This document shows positions 39,015-48,762 of a stretch of 64,000 nucleotides of DNA, in pieces. Where the stretch lies: positions 48,658 to 112,657 of the IMG/VR virus record IMGVR_UViG_3300032245_000936; one strand, written 5' to 3'. The notes below the pieces were generated by a model, which was not told where the DNA came from, did no database searches, and was given only the letters and a program-made list of their open reading frames with translations. The position numbers and the translations under genes were made by a program. This DNA is from a virus. Position 1 is the stretch's first letter; every line of letters begins with the position of its first letter.

Positions 39015-41268
39015 CGTTAGTTGGAGCGGCCAGTACGTCAATTGCATACTTACCCACTGCAAAATACAGTCCGCCGGTTACTCCATTGGCATCCTGTCCT
39101 GCCGCGCTTGAGCGCCAGCCCTTGGCCCCTGGTGCTTTTTCTGTACCAGTATTAGGGCCCAGTAGCTGTGCCACGCACATCATGCCTGCTATAGTACACA
39201 GGTTATCTGCTTCTTTGATTGCACCATTACTGACCATGCGCTTGTAGTTTGCATTTAACAGTTTAAAAAACGCTTTTTCTTGTATAGCTGGAGCATTAAA
39301 AAAATCTTCAAGACTCTTGATGCCATCTTCTCCGGTCCATGCACCCGCCTGTTTAACCGCAGAATTCTTGTATTGCTTGTAAAAGTCTAACTTGATATAG
39401 CCCAGGTCTGTCAATGCGGCTGCACCAAATTGGTATTTGCCCACATAATTAAGTTGATTGATTGCTTTGTAGTTAAATGCGCTTTCGCAATAGCCCATGG
39501 CCACACAAAGTGCTTTAACATGTAGCTGGCTTAGAGGCCCAATACCGCCGGGTGGGTTTGGTGTTTCTTCACGCGACATATAGCTCTTTGGTGCCAATTT
39601 GGACTTAGGCAAATTCTGTCTGTATCCACTTGCAGGACCCGGATCCAGTTTTTCTTCGCCACTGGTAACGTAACCACCACTGCCACTTTTAACTGGGTTA
39701 CCGTTGCTGTCTTTGACTACATTGCTCGGTACACAATCTGTTGGTGTTGGTCCGGTCTCAGGAGCAGGTGCATCGTTGATAGCTGTCTTACCAGTGGTTG
39801 CGCCGCCTGCGTTTGCGGCTTGTCCTGCTGTGATATCTTTTTGGCTTACGCCGCTGAATCTTGTGTACGGCTCGTGTGTTGGAGCAATGTTTACGATGCT
39901 GGCCAGTGCGTTTGGATTTATGGTCCATGTGCCGGTGCCACTGTTGTATGCTGTTTCGTCCAGAGTAAAAATTGGAATAGTATTAGGTTTGCCTACTGTA
40001 GGGCCAGCGCCGGAGTTCAAAAGAATTTTGTCCCCAGTGACGTTGAATGCGCCAGAACTGTTCCAGCTAGTTGATCCACCAGCACTTACATTAACTGCAC
40101 CACTAGCACCAAGTTCAATCTTGCCACCATACATCACTGTACGATCGTTGGTAACAGTGCTTAATATGTTGGTGTTGATATCAACTGTTTGCCCGCCAAC
40201 CATTTTTAATCCATTGGCCGCGTAGATTTTTATATCCTTGTCACTGTGCATGTTGATATCACCTTGGCTGCGTAGATTCAAACCACCAGAGGAGAAAACG
40301 TGCATCTGCCCAGATCCTGCTAGTTCTACCCAACAGCTACCTTCGCTGTTGATGATATACAATGTCTTGTTACTGTCATCCATTAAAATTTGATGGCCGT
40401 ATGCTGTGCGTAATCGTACCAGCTGACTGCCACCGTAGAAGTCGCCGTCATCCATAACAAAGCTGTGTCCGCCTTTGCGAACAGTAAACTCTACATCAGT
40501 CGGAGTAATGCTGCCATCTTCAATTTTAGATCGAATAGCATCGTCATCAGCAGGATCTTTAGACAGCGGGCGACCCGGTGTGCTGATACCAAACACTGCG
40601 CTTGGTGAATTACGCTGTGAGCTAGAACTTACTGCTCCACGTATTCTATCTTTGTCTAGACCTTGTTTGATATAACGTTTGGTTTGCCACTCATGAGGCG
40701 CACGTTTTTTAGAAAGAAAATTACCTTCAACGTTTTTACCATCTGCTTCATTGATTTCAGTCATTGGCCAGTTACTGTCGTTGGTCAATGCTTTTTTGAG
40801 TTCGGCACTTTCAATTGCATTTGAATCAAATTTAGTTTGATCGCCACCTGCCAGCCCCGGAATCATATTATGATCTAGCTTGTTTACCACACAGGCAAAC
40901 CAGTATCCACGCTGTGGATCCCCGTTTACAAAAGTAACCAGTACCATGTTTCCAATATCAGGAGGTACTGCAAAAAACCCATAGGTGTTCTGCGCTTGGC
41001 TGTATAGATTTTCTTTAGGAGGATTTTCTGATGGTTGGTAGGTCATTCCAGCAAAAGGACTAGCATAGCTCACTGTTATCCAATTGTGTGCATCGTTTTG
41101 ATCGCCGGCACCCATGTCTGGAATCCAGACCTGTAGTCTACCAGATCTGGTACTGTCAATTACATTTTTCACAATCGCTTCAAACGGGCCGGGGTTTAGG
41201 TTAACCCCAGGCATTTCCGCTTTGGTGTTGGATGGTGTGTGTCTACCTAGTCTTTTATCTACTGCCAT
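39010..41268 (-). CDS. gp5: Baseplate hub/spike gp5-like with C-terminal lysozyme-like domain
   Basis: OB fold GRLQVWIP...PPDIGNMVLV; GHSFVMDD/GHQILMDD and beta-helix; PTHEPY; C-terminal ES..NY...GKYQFG. Confidence 0.85.
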   Translation of the reverse strand: MAVDKRLGRHTPSNTKAEMPGVNLNPGPFEAIVKNVIDSTRSGRLQVWIPDMGAGDQNDAHNWITVSYASPFAGMTYQPSENPPKENLYSQAQNTYGFFAVPPDIGNMVLVTFVNGDPQRGYWFACVVNKLDHNMIPGLAGGDQTKFDSNAIESAELKKALTNDSNWPMTEINEADGKNVEGNFLSKKRAPHEWQTKRYIKQGLDKDRIRGAVSSSSQRNSPSAVFGISTPGRPLSKDPADDDAIRSKIEDGSITPTDVEFTVRKGGHSFVMDDGDFYGGSQLVRLRTAYGHQILMDDSNKTLYIINSEGSCWVELAGSGQMHVFSSGGLNLRSQGDINMHSDKDIKIYAANGLKMVGGQTVDINTNILSTVTNDRTVMYGGKIELGASGAVNVSAGGSTSWNSSGAFNVTGDKILLNSGAGPTVGKPNTIPIFTLDETAYNSGTGTWTINPNALASIVNIAPTHEPYTRFSGVSQKDITAGQAANAGGATTGKTAINDAPAPETGPTPTDCVPSNVVKDSNGNPVKSGSGGYVTSGEEKLDPGPASGYRQNLPKSKLAPKSYMSREETPNPPGGIGPLSQLHVKALCVAMGYCESAFNYKAINQLNYVGKYQFGAAALTDLGYIKLDFYKQYKNSAVKQAGAWTGEDGIKSLEDFFNAPAIQEKAFFKLLNANYKRMVSNGAIKEADNLCTIAGMMCVAQLLGPNTGTEKAPGAKGWRSSAAGQDANGVTGGLYFAVGKYAIDVLAAPTNV

Positions 41269-41300
41269 GTTTTTCTACCTTGAAATTATATTATGCTCTT

Positions 41301-44300
41301 TTACTTCAGTGCTGCCTCGGCTGCTTTGGCGGCATCAAATTCTTTCTTAATTGCTGTGAGCTTTTGATTTTCTTCATTAAATGCTAACCTGGCGGCTTCT
41401 ACTGATCCTGTTCTTGACAATTCTGCTTTCTGAGCCTCAGTGCCGTTTTGATAAGCAGGGGATGCCGCAACTGCTTTTAGGTTAGCAATACGTTCATCAT
41501 TCTTCTGTTTAACCACTAGATATTGCGCTTCCCACTTTGCATCCAATTCTGCTACCTTAGCCGCTGCCGCCTCGCGCTGTTTTTGCTTGTCAGCTGTTGC
41601 ATCCGGCGGGGTGTCTCCACTGCTTTTAACTGGGTTTTCATTGTCCTGATTTTTAGCATCGTCAATGTCCCTATTTTCAATTTTGTTATCTCCTGCTACA
41701 TCTGCAAGTTCATCAGCGTTTGGATCCTCTTCTCCATTTGTGTCGTCTGTGTCATCACGGTTGTAGTCATTGTCAGCATCTTGATCTGTATCGTAGGTTC
41801 GTCCAAATATGCCTCGCTTCATGTCTTCAACACTGTTTCCTTGTGACAGATTACCATTAGCATCAGACACAGTTGAATCCAATGGAAACTCAAAAAACTC
41901 TTCTCCGTTTTGTCCTTGCAGTGTTGGTACCTTATCGTTACGATTGGTGTTGTTTTGTTTTTGCACGGCGGCAGGATTGTATCTTGGATCTTGCGGTTGA
42001 TCTTGCAATCGTATCATTTCTAGAGTTTGTTCAAACTTACCACCCGCAAACTGATTACTTACCGACAACACGCGGTATATACCACTAAATGCTGTGTTCA
42101 TTGTATCTTCTTTGAAATCAGCAAGTCCTGTGCTGTCATTCATGTCTACAGGAGTTCTAAATCTAACGTATGCGTGTACTTCGCCACCATCAGTGCCAAT
42201 ATTGATTCTTTCAGCGTCTAGGTATGTGTCGCTATAACGGCGCTGATTGAAACGTTTGTTTGCTGGTGTGTAATATAGGTCATCTTGTTTAATAAACTGA
42301 GGATCGCCAATTACTCTTAGTTGTACACTCAACATGTCACCTTTTGCGTCAGCATACACGCTTTCTTGCACACTGGCCACGCTCTGAGCCACGCTGTCTC
42401 TATTTTGATTGCCTGTACTGCTGGCCCCTAACTGTCCTTCAACGTTTTGAATTTGCGGTGGGTTTGGACCAACGTTTACTGTGGTGTTGTAGTTGTTTAC
42501 TTTTGTGTCTTGCTTGAGGTTGTCTTCTTGATTCTGGCTGTTTTGTGGGCCGGCGGCGGCTTGTGTTTTTCCTCGGTTGATAGTTACCTTGGTATAGAAC
42601 ATTGAATCAAAGTTAAGCTGAAAATCAATTATGTCGTGATTCTGTCCTGTGTAGATATACTGATATTCTTTATGCCACCCGGTGGGTAGGCTTTTAGCGG
42701 CATTAGGATGCACACGATTATACACTGTGTACGGGATCACGTGAAACGTTACTCTGTAGTTCCATTTGGCATTTTTAATATCATACTTTTTAAGTTGTAT
42801 GCTTGGAACAATCTTCCACCAGCTGAGATCTTTCTTTAGCTTTTCAGCATTTTGTTCTGCACCAATAGTAGGATCAACCATTTGACTACGAATATAGTCA
42901 CTGTTTTGCATCATTAAATTGATCAGCTCTGTTACCTGTGTGCCTGCGTTTACTGGCCATTTGCCCACAGTGAAGTCGGGCTGAGCAGTGGCCTTGCCTG
43001 CGTTAGAACGTATGGCGTCTCTTTGAGCATTTGCATCCTTGGGATTTTTTTCAGCAACCTGTCTACTACTTTGTACTTGAGGCTGAACAATGATTCCGCC
43101 CTTGCTATTGTTTGCTTCAAGAATTAGTTTATCAAACTCAACAAGAATCTCGTTATAATCTGTTTGGTACTTGAGATCTACCAGTGCCTTTTGCCAAGTA
43201 TTGTAAGCACTAACATAGCTCTTAACAGAGTATGCGTTGCCTTCACCTTGACCTGTGACTGCCGCACGTTTTTCGTCTGCATTTTTTTCAGAATCTGCTT
43301 TACGAACATCATCTGATTTAACGCCTTCGTTGCTCTTGGCAGCGGCATTGGCAGCTGACTCACGCTGATTCAATGTTTTAACCAGCGCACTTTCGTCTGT
43401 GTCTGGTTTAAAAAAATCTTGTAGTGTTTTGCCAGTGACTTCAAAGTTTGCAGGAGTTGTTCCAATGCTGTCTGTAAAACCTTGATGATGGTACGGAACG
43501 CCACGTACTGCATATTCAGCACCGCGACTGCTTACTTTAATTTTGCATTCTGTTAGTCGCATTGGAATATACTTGCGGTGTTCTAACAAATTAACCATAC
43601 TACCATCATCACGATAACCATAGAAATCAATCTGCAATAGATATGGTACTTGCATATAGTTGTATGCTTCAATACGCACAGCCGCTTGCATCAAGCGATC
43701 AACCAAAGTCATACCATAGGGTTCAATCAGTGTAAAACTAAAATCAATTGCGTTACTACCACGACTGCCTGCATTTAATCCCACAATCGTGTCCATCTTG
43801 AAATTGTCAATGTAAAAATCTTCTTGGAACGACTCATCGCGCTCAAACCCAGATCCTTGTGGGCCACGCTTGCCAGCACTGGCAATAATGGTATGTGATG
43901 GTCTCCACGGGTCTGCACCCTCAGGATCTGTGGCCATTCTATTATAATCTGTTTTGCTCAGCATGTGCCACGCAAGGCCGTATGTGTAACTAGCAAACTG
44001 ATGCAACACATTTGGTTGTGTAACAATCTCAGTCTTTTTTACCTGATTATCTATTACATCTGTGGTCTTGGGCGCAAACAATCCTCGTTTTTTATCTTCA
44101 ACAGAATCACCATAACTGGCTTCATTGTCGGCATCCTGTTGCGATAATGGAAAGTCTTGACTGGCATCTTGATCAACATCTGAGTTTGCTTCATTGGCTA
44201 TGCGATCAGCTTCGTCGTCATCTAGAGCGTCTTCTTCGTTTTCTAAATCATTTTCAATTGCCTGACCTTCAATTTCCTCATTGATAATGTCATTGTCAAT

Positions 44301-45521
44301 TGTTTCGCTTTGCGAACGAGCATCGCTGGCTTCTGTGTATGCAGCCTGGGCTTCTTGATCTAATGCGGCAGCTTCTTCACTGCGCTGAGTTGCAATATCA
44401 GCTGACTCTGATGCTTGGTTTCTATACTGTGCCGCTGCCGCTGGATCGCCATTAGCTTCTGCTTCGTCTGCAAGTCTGTTGTATCTTTCTGCATCTCTGC
44501 GAGCTGTGTTTTCCTCTTGGCGCTTTTCTTCAGATGCGTTTAATTTGTCTGTTGCTTCTTGATCTTTTGCATTGGCTTTTTCGTCGAGCTGATTTTTTTG
44601 TTCTTTGAGCTCGGACATTTTGACCTGAGACTCTAGTTTTCGATCTTTTAACTCGTTGGTTCTTTCCAGTGACCGGCCAGATACGTTTACATCACGTGGA
44701 GCTTTTTCAACAATAGGCTTGTCGCTTTCGACCACTTCTGCGGCGGTGGTAGTTTTGTTTTCGCCCGGTGTGGTTGTGACGATTGGATTTGCCGGTGGGC
44801 GAGTCTTAGAATACTCTTGGCCCGGTTTGTCATAGCTTACTGTGCCTTCAAGGACTTCGCGGTTAAATGCACTAGCAACTTTAGGGAATTTTAATTCTGG
44901 GTGAGCTTCTTTATAGGCCGCATACGCAGCCGCACGATTTTCTGCTTCCTTTTGATTTGCCGCTTCCTGACCTTGTTGCCATTCAGCACTGGGTTGCGGA
45001 ATAGTAATTGTTGTGCTTCCGCCACCTGTTACTGTTTCTGTGCTGGTAGACTCAACCTTGTAGTAGTCGCCGCCACCTTTCTTGACCGGAGTGATTTTAA
45101 CATCGTTCTCCGACATGAATTTTTCCATGTCCTTTTTCTGTTGTTCTTTAAGGACATTTCCATTTTCTTGGGCAACCTGTGCTGTGCTTTTCTTTTTAAG
45201 ATAGATATCTTTGCTCTGCTGAGAAAGTCTATCTAGTTGTGCTTGTTCATCTTGTGAAAAAGATGTTGAAGTTGAATTACCTGTTGCACTTTCCCTGTCA
45301 AAGCTCTGGGCCAGTGCCCGTCCATCGTCGCTGGCTTTTCTATTTTGATTTTCTAATGCTCGCTGAGAATTTTCAAATGCTCTGATGTTTTCAGGCGTGG
45401 GATTTTTTTCAGCCTCGTCAGAAAGACGTAGCTGTTCTTTTAACAGCCTGTCAGTAACGGCTTGATTTTTTTGATTCAGCTTGCGTAAAGCTTCATTCCT
45501 TGATTCAATATCGTCTGCCAT
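41301..45521 (-). CDS. Baseplate hub protein (gp27-like core) with long charged extensions
   Basis: Core NVLHQFASYTY...FTLIEPYG...LRVIGDPQF...FSGIYRVLSVSNQFAGGKFEQTLEMIR; lies between gp53 and gp5. Confidence 0.7.
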   Translation of the reverse strand: MADDIESRNEALRKLNQKNQAVTDRLLKEQLRLSDEAEKNPTPENIRAFENSQRALENQNRKASDDGRALAQSFDRESATGNSTSTSFSQDEQAQLDRLSQQSKDIYLKKKSTAQVAQENGNVLKEQQKKDMEKFMSENDVKITPVKKGGGDYYKVESTSTETVTGGGSTTITIPQPSAEWQQGQEAANQKEAENRAAAYAAYKEAHPELKFPKVASAFNREVLEGTVSYDKPGQEYSKTRPPANPIVTTTPGENKTTTAAEVVESDKPIVEKAPRDVNVSGRSLERTNELKDRKLESQVKMSELKEQKNQLDEKANAKDQEATDKLNASEEKRQEENTARRDAERYNRLADEAEANGDPAAAAQYRNQASESADIATQRSEEAAALDQEAQAAYTEASDARSQSETIDNDIINEEIEGQAIENDLENEEDALDDDEADRIANEANSDVDQDASQDFPLSQQDADNEASYGDSVEDKKRGLFAPKTTDVIDNQVKKTEIVTQPNVLHQFASYTYGLAWHMLSKTDYNRMATDPEGADPWRPSHTIIASAGKRGPQGSGFERDESFQEDFYIDNFKMDTIVGLNAGSRGSNAIDFSFTLIEPYGMTLVDRLMQAAVRIEAYNYMQVPYLLQIDFYGYRDDGSMVNLLEHRKYIPMRLTECKIKVSSRGAEYAVRGVPYHHQGFTDSIGTTPANFEVTGKTLQDFFKPDTDESALVKTLNQRESAANAAAKSNEGVKSDDVRKADSEKNADEKRAAVTGQGEGNAYSVKSYVSAYNTWQKALVDLKYQTDYNEILVEFDKLILEANNSKGGIIVQPQVQSSRQVAEKNPKDANAQRDAIRSNAGKATAQPDFTVGKWPVNAGTQVTELINLMMQNSDYIRSQMVDPTIGAEQNAEKLKKDLSWWKIVPSIQLKKYDIKNAKWNYRVTFHVIPYTVYNRVHPNAAKSLPTGWHKEYQYIYTGQNHDIIDFQLNFDSMFYTKVTINRGKTQAAAGPQNSQNQEDNLKQDTKVNNYNTTVNVGPNPPQIQNVEGQLGASSTGNQNRDSVAQSVASVQESVYADAKGDMLSVQLRVIGDPQFIKQDDLYYTPANKRFNQRRYSDTYLDAERINIGTDGGEVHAYVRFRTPVDMNDSTGLADFKEDTMNTAFSGIYRVLSVSNQFAGGKFEQTLEMIRLQDQPQDPRYNPAAVQKQNNTNRNDKVPTLQGQNGEEFFEFPLDSTVSDANGNLSQGNSVEDMKRGIFGRTYDTDQDADNDYNRDDTDDTNGEEDPNADELADVAGDNKIENRDIDDAKNQDNENPVKSSGDTPPDATADKQKQREAAAAKVAELDAKWEAQYLVVKQKNDERIANLKAVAASPAYQNGTEAQKAELSRTGSVEAARLAFNEENQKLTAIKKEFDAAKAAEAALK

Positions 45522-45524
45522 TGA

Positions 45525-45830
45525 TTACAGCCCCAAAACAGTAACAATATTATTTTTCTTAGGTATGCTGATAGTAACTCCGGGAATAAAATCTCCGAGA
45601 GGATCTTTTAGTGTGTTAGGATTACGAATCGCAAACACCCACCAAAGTGCGGCGTCGCCGTACAGGTCAAATGCCAATAGGTCTGGTCTGTGACGATATG
45701 CTTTGTCAATGGTGTACTGGACATCGTCGGGATATGCTGGTATGGATCTTTTGGCCATTACATCCAGGAAGTTTCCAAATTTGTCAGTGCCAAAGTAAGG
45801 ACTACTTTTGCTGTAGTTTGTTTCGGCCAT
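45525..45830 (-). CDS. gp53: Baseplate wedge subunit, gp53-like (LysM-type)
   Basis: RPDLLAFDLYGDAALWWVFAIRNP...G..ISIP. Confidence 0.85.
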   Translation of the reverse strand: MAETNYSKSSPYFGTDKFGNFLDVMAKRSIPAYPDDVQYTIDKAYRHRPDLLAFDLYGDAALWWVFAIRNPNTLKDPLGDFIPGVTISIPKKNNIVTVLGL

Positions 45831-46753
45831 TATAGGAATCCTCCATTGAGATAGTCAGCATGACCTTGATTACCGTATTCGCGGTGGTTGAACTTTGTGG
45901 CCTTGGTCCTACTCACAATTGGTTGTAGAGTCACGCTAACTGTACTGGAACTAGGCACTCTTCCAAACCTACCTAGGTCAATGTAGTCTACTTCTGCAGG
46001 CATGGTGTGTTGAAAACTAGTGATCACACAAGTCACGTGCGGAAAGTAGTAGTCACCGTAGCCGTCAAGATAAACCAGGGTTGGCGGTTGCCCTGCATTT
46101 GGGTCATCACCAAAGAACATTTTGGTACATGCACGGAAAAAATAGATAGAGGCCAATACGTACATTCCCTCGTCGAGATTCTGTGCAGTGAATTCTCCAC
46201 TGATGTTAATAGCAGAAACATCACTGCCTTCATAAAAATAATTCTTGTAGTTGCTGTGTACCAACGCCTGCTCACTGTAGCGAGCATTGTGTGTAACACT
46301 GATTGTTGGAGTGTATGGAAAAATTACTCCATCTGTGCCATCTGAAGAGTTCAATGGGCGCAGTAACCAATCTGCATTTTCTACCATGGTGCTGTCTTGA
46401 TACAATATTTGACTTTGTGACGGCAAACTAACACGCACACGCCAGTCAAATGCTGGTGACACAAGTCCGCGAACCTGTGCGGATTGATTTAATCCAATCA
46501 CAGTCGGTTCACTGTTTTTTGACTTTGGACTATTAGCACCACCGCTAAATAATCCTGCAATCTTCATACGAGTTTTGCTTGGGTCTAGTAAGTCCAACCC
46601 TTTGTCAATGAAGGATCCTGCTTTGCCTTTAAACTCGTCCCAGGTCATGCTGGGCTTTGCTGGTGCTGCCGGTCCGTCGTTACTGCCCGTGGTAACAGGG
46701 GTACCAAACCTGTCGGTTACTGGGTTGCCCCATCTATCAGTTAAGTTGCCCAT
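45830..46753 (-). CDS. Tail tube initiator/baseplate-tube junction protein
   Basis: GVIFPYTPTI...INISGEFTAQ...PPTLVYLDGYG...VITSF, a tube-fold pattern; next to gp53. Confidence 0.65.
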   Translation of the reverse strand: MGNLTDRWGNPVTDRFGTPVTTGSNDGPAAPAKPSMTWDEFKGKAGSFIDKGLDLLDPSKTRMKIAGLFSGGANSPKSKNSEPTVIGLNQSAQVRGLVSPAFDWRVRVSLPSQSQILYQDSTMVENADWLLRPLNSSDGTDGVIFPYTPTISVTHNARYSEQALVHSNYKNYFYEGSDVSAINISGEFTAQNLDEGMYVLASIYFFRACTKMFFGDDPNAGQPPTLVYLDGYGDYYFPHVTCVITSFQHTMPAEVDYIDLGRFGRVPSSSTVSVTLQPIVSRTKATKFNHREYGNQGHADYLNGGFL

Positions 46754-46768
46754 AATTTAAGAATCCTC

Positions 46769-46797
46769 TTGCTTATTGTATATTTATTTGTTACAAT
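46769..46797 (+). promoter_or_regulatory. sigma70-type promoter of gp55, with an antisense late promoter in its spacer
   Basis: TTGCTT-17 bp-TACAAT with extended TG; TATTTAT at 46781-46787 reads ATAAATA on the minus strand. Confidence 0.6.
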
Positions 46798-46822
46798 AAG
46801 TGGGTGTTTTAAAGGAAAAAGG

Positions 46823-47698
46823 ATGCGCCACAATTATTTAAATAACAAAGATATACTTAAAGAGATTCACAAGAGCAAAACTACCTACTGCTGGTTTGCT
46901 ACACCAGCCGACTCAGATTACGATATTATTTTATCTGTGGGCGAGAAAGGTAAGATTGCTAAAAAAGACGTTATGCAAGGGCGCCGCAATCGCGCTGAAC
47001 GTCTAGCTAAACTAGCACACGAAGCTGCCACAGCGGACGGTACCAAGCGTAAACTAGACGAATTTGAAGTCAAGCTCAAAGACGTTAAAGAAACAGATGT
47101 TGTGTTTCGTATCATGACCTGGACACATGTGCCAATTGATGAATCCAAAACCAAGAAACAATTGGCATTGGAAGAAGAAGCATCAGTTGATACGGAATAC
47201 GATGAAGGGGTTGAACCAGTAAAAGCGCCAACCAAATACATGAAGGTTAATTTTCCCCCATTCCAACATTGGAAACTCAATGAAGAAGGCGAATACTACA
47301 CCGTGGGTATCAGCCATTGGAAGGGTGATCCAGAATCCGGAAACTTCTCCAGAGACCATGGTAACATGACCAAGAAACTGGCGCTGATGTTCATGAAGCT
47401 GTGTGAACGCTATGCTACCCGTTCAAACTGGCGTGGTTATACCTACAATGACGAAATGCGCTCACAGGCATTACTACAACTAGCACAGATTGGATTGCAA
47501 TTTGACGAAAGCAAGAGTCAAAATCCATTTGCCTATTACACTGCCGCTATTACTAACAGTTTCACCCGTGTTCTTAATATTGAGAAACGTAATCAAAACT
47601 TACGAGACGATATTCTTGAAATGAACGGATTGAACCCAAGTTACACAAGACAGGGCATGAGTAGTGGCGCACCATCATCAGGTACTTACGAAGAATAG
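46823..47698 (+). CDS. gp55: Late-transcription sigma factor, T4 gp55-like
   Basis: NYLNNKD...NWRGYTYNDEM...FDESKSQNPFAYYT; AAGGA RBS before ATG at 46823. Confidence 0.9.
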   Translation: MRHNYLNNKDILKEIHKSKTTYCWFATPADSDYDIILSVGEKGKIAKKDVMQGRRNRAERLAKLAHEAATADGTKRKLDEFEVKLKDVKETDVVFRIMTWTHVPIDESKTKKQLALEEEASVDTEYDEGVEPVKAPTKYMKVNFPPFQHWKLNEEGEYYTVGISHWKGDPESGNFSRDHGNMTKKLALMFMKLCERYATRSNWRGYTYNDEMRSQALLQLAQIGLQFDESKSQNPFAYYTAAITNSFTRVLNIEKRNQNLRDDILEMNGLNPSYTRQGMSSGAPSSGTYEE

Positions 47699-47711
47699 AT
47701 TGTCAAAACAC

Positions 47712-47740
47712 TTGCATTTGTCATTGACTTTGTCTATACT
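47712..47740 (+). promoter_or_regulatory. sigma70-type promoter just before gp47
   Basis: TTGCAT-17 bp-TATACT, ending 8 nt before ATG 47749. Confidence 0.6.
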
Positions 47741-47748
47741 TGCAAGTT

Positions 47749-48762
47749 ATGTCTAATCTATTTAAAAAGGCTGCTGTCTGGACTGACATCCACTTCGGCC
47801 TCAAAAGTAACAGTGTCACGCACAACGAAGATTGTTTGGCGTTTGTTAAATGGGCCACGGCCAAAGCCAAGGAGGAAGGATGCGAGACCTGCTTCTTCCT
47901 TGGTGACTGGCATAATAATCGAGCCGCACTAAACATTCTCACGCTCAATTACAGTTTAAAAGCACTGGAGCATATGAATGATAATTTTGAACGTGTGTAT
48001 TTCATTCCTGGCAATCATGATTTGTATTATCGAGACAAACGAGATGTGCAGAGTGTGGAATGGGCAAGACATCTTCCCAATGTACAAATTTGCAACGACT
48101 GGTTTAGCGATGGTGATGTTACTATCGCTCCTTGGCTTGTTGGCGAAGATCATAAAAAACTATTAAAGAAAAAAGGCAAGTATTGCTTTGGACATTTTGA
48201 ACTGCCCGGCTATTACATGAATGCCATGGTACAAATGCCAGATGTTGGCGAAGTTAGACGTGAAAATTTCCTGGGCTTTGAACAGGTGTTTACTGGGCAT
48301 TTCCATAAACGTCAAACAGCCAACAACATTACCTATATTGGCAACTGTTTCCCACACAACTATGCAGACGACGGCGATGAAGAGCGCGGCATGATGATCC
48401 TGGAATGGGACAAAGAGCCAGAGTATCATGCTTGGCCTGATCAACCCACATATCGTGTGTTGAGTTTATCCAGCATTGTTAACAACCCTGAAAAAATATT
48501 CAAACCCAGAATGCACGCCAGGGTCAACATTGACATTGATCTCAGCTATGAAGAAGCCACGTTTATCAAAGAAACATTTGTTGAAACTTACAAACTGCGT
48601 GAGCTTAGTTTGATTCCCAAGAAAGAAATTGAAGTTGGGGCCGATGTTACTGGCGAAATTAAATTTGAAAGTATTGACACAATCGTGCAAAATCAAATCA
48701 ATGCAATTTCCAGCGAGCACTACAATTCTAAATTGTTGCTGGACATCTATAGGAACTGTTAA
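47749..48762 (+). CDS. gp47: Recombination endonuclease subunit (Mre11/SbcD-like)
   Basis: Phosphoesterase motifs DIH, GDW, GNHD, GHFE, GHFH. Confidence 0.93.
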   Translation: MSNLFKKAAVWTDIHFGLKSNSVTHNEDCLAFVKWATAKAKEEGCETCFFLGDWHNNRAALNILTLNYSLKALEHMNDNFERVYFIPGNHDLYYRDKRDVQSVEWARHLPNVQICNDWFSDGDVTIAPWLVGEDHKKLLKKKGKYCFGHFELPGYYMNAMVQMPDVGEVRRENFLGFEQVFTGHFHKRQTANNITYIGNCFPHNYADDGDEERGMMILEWDKEPEYHAWPDQPTYRVLSLSSIVNNPEKIFKPRMHARVNIDIDLSYEEATFIKETFVETYKLRELSLIPKKEIEVGADVTGEIKFESIDTIVQNQINAISSEHYNSKLLLDIYRNC

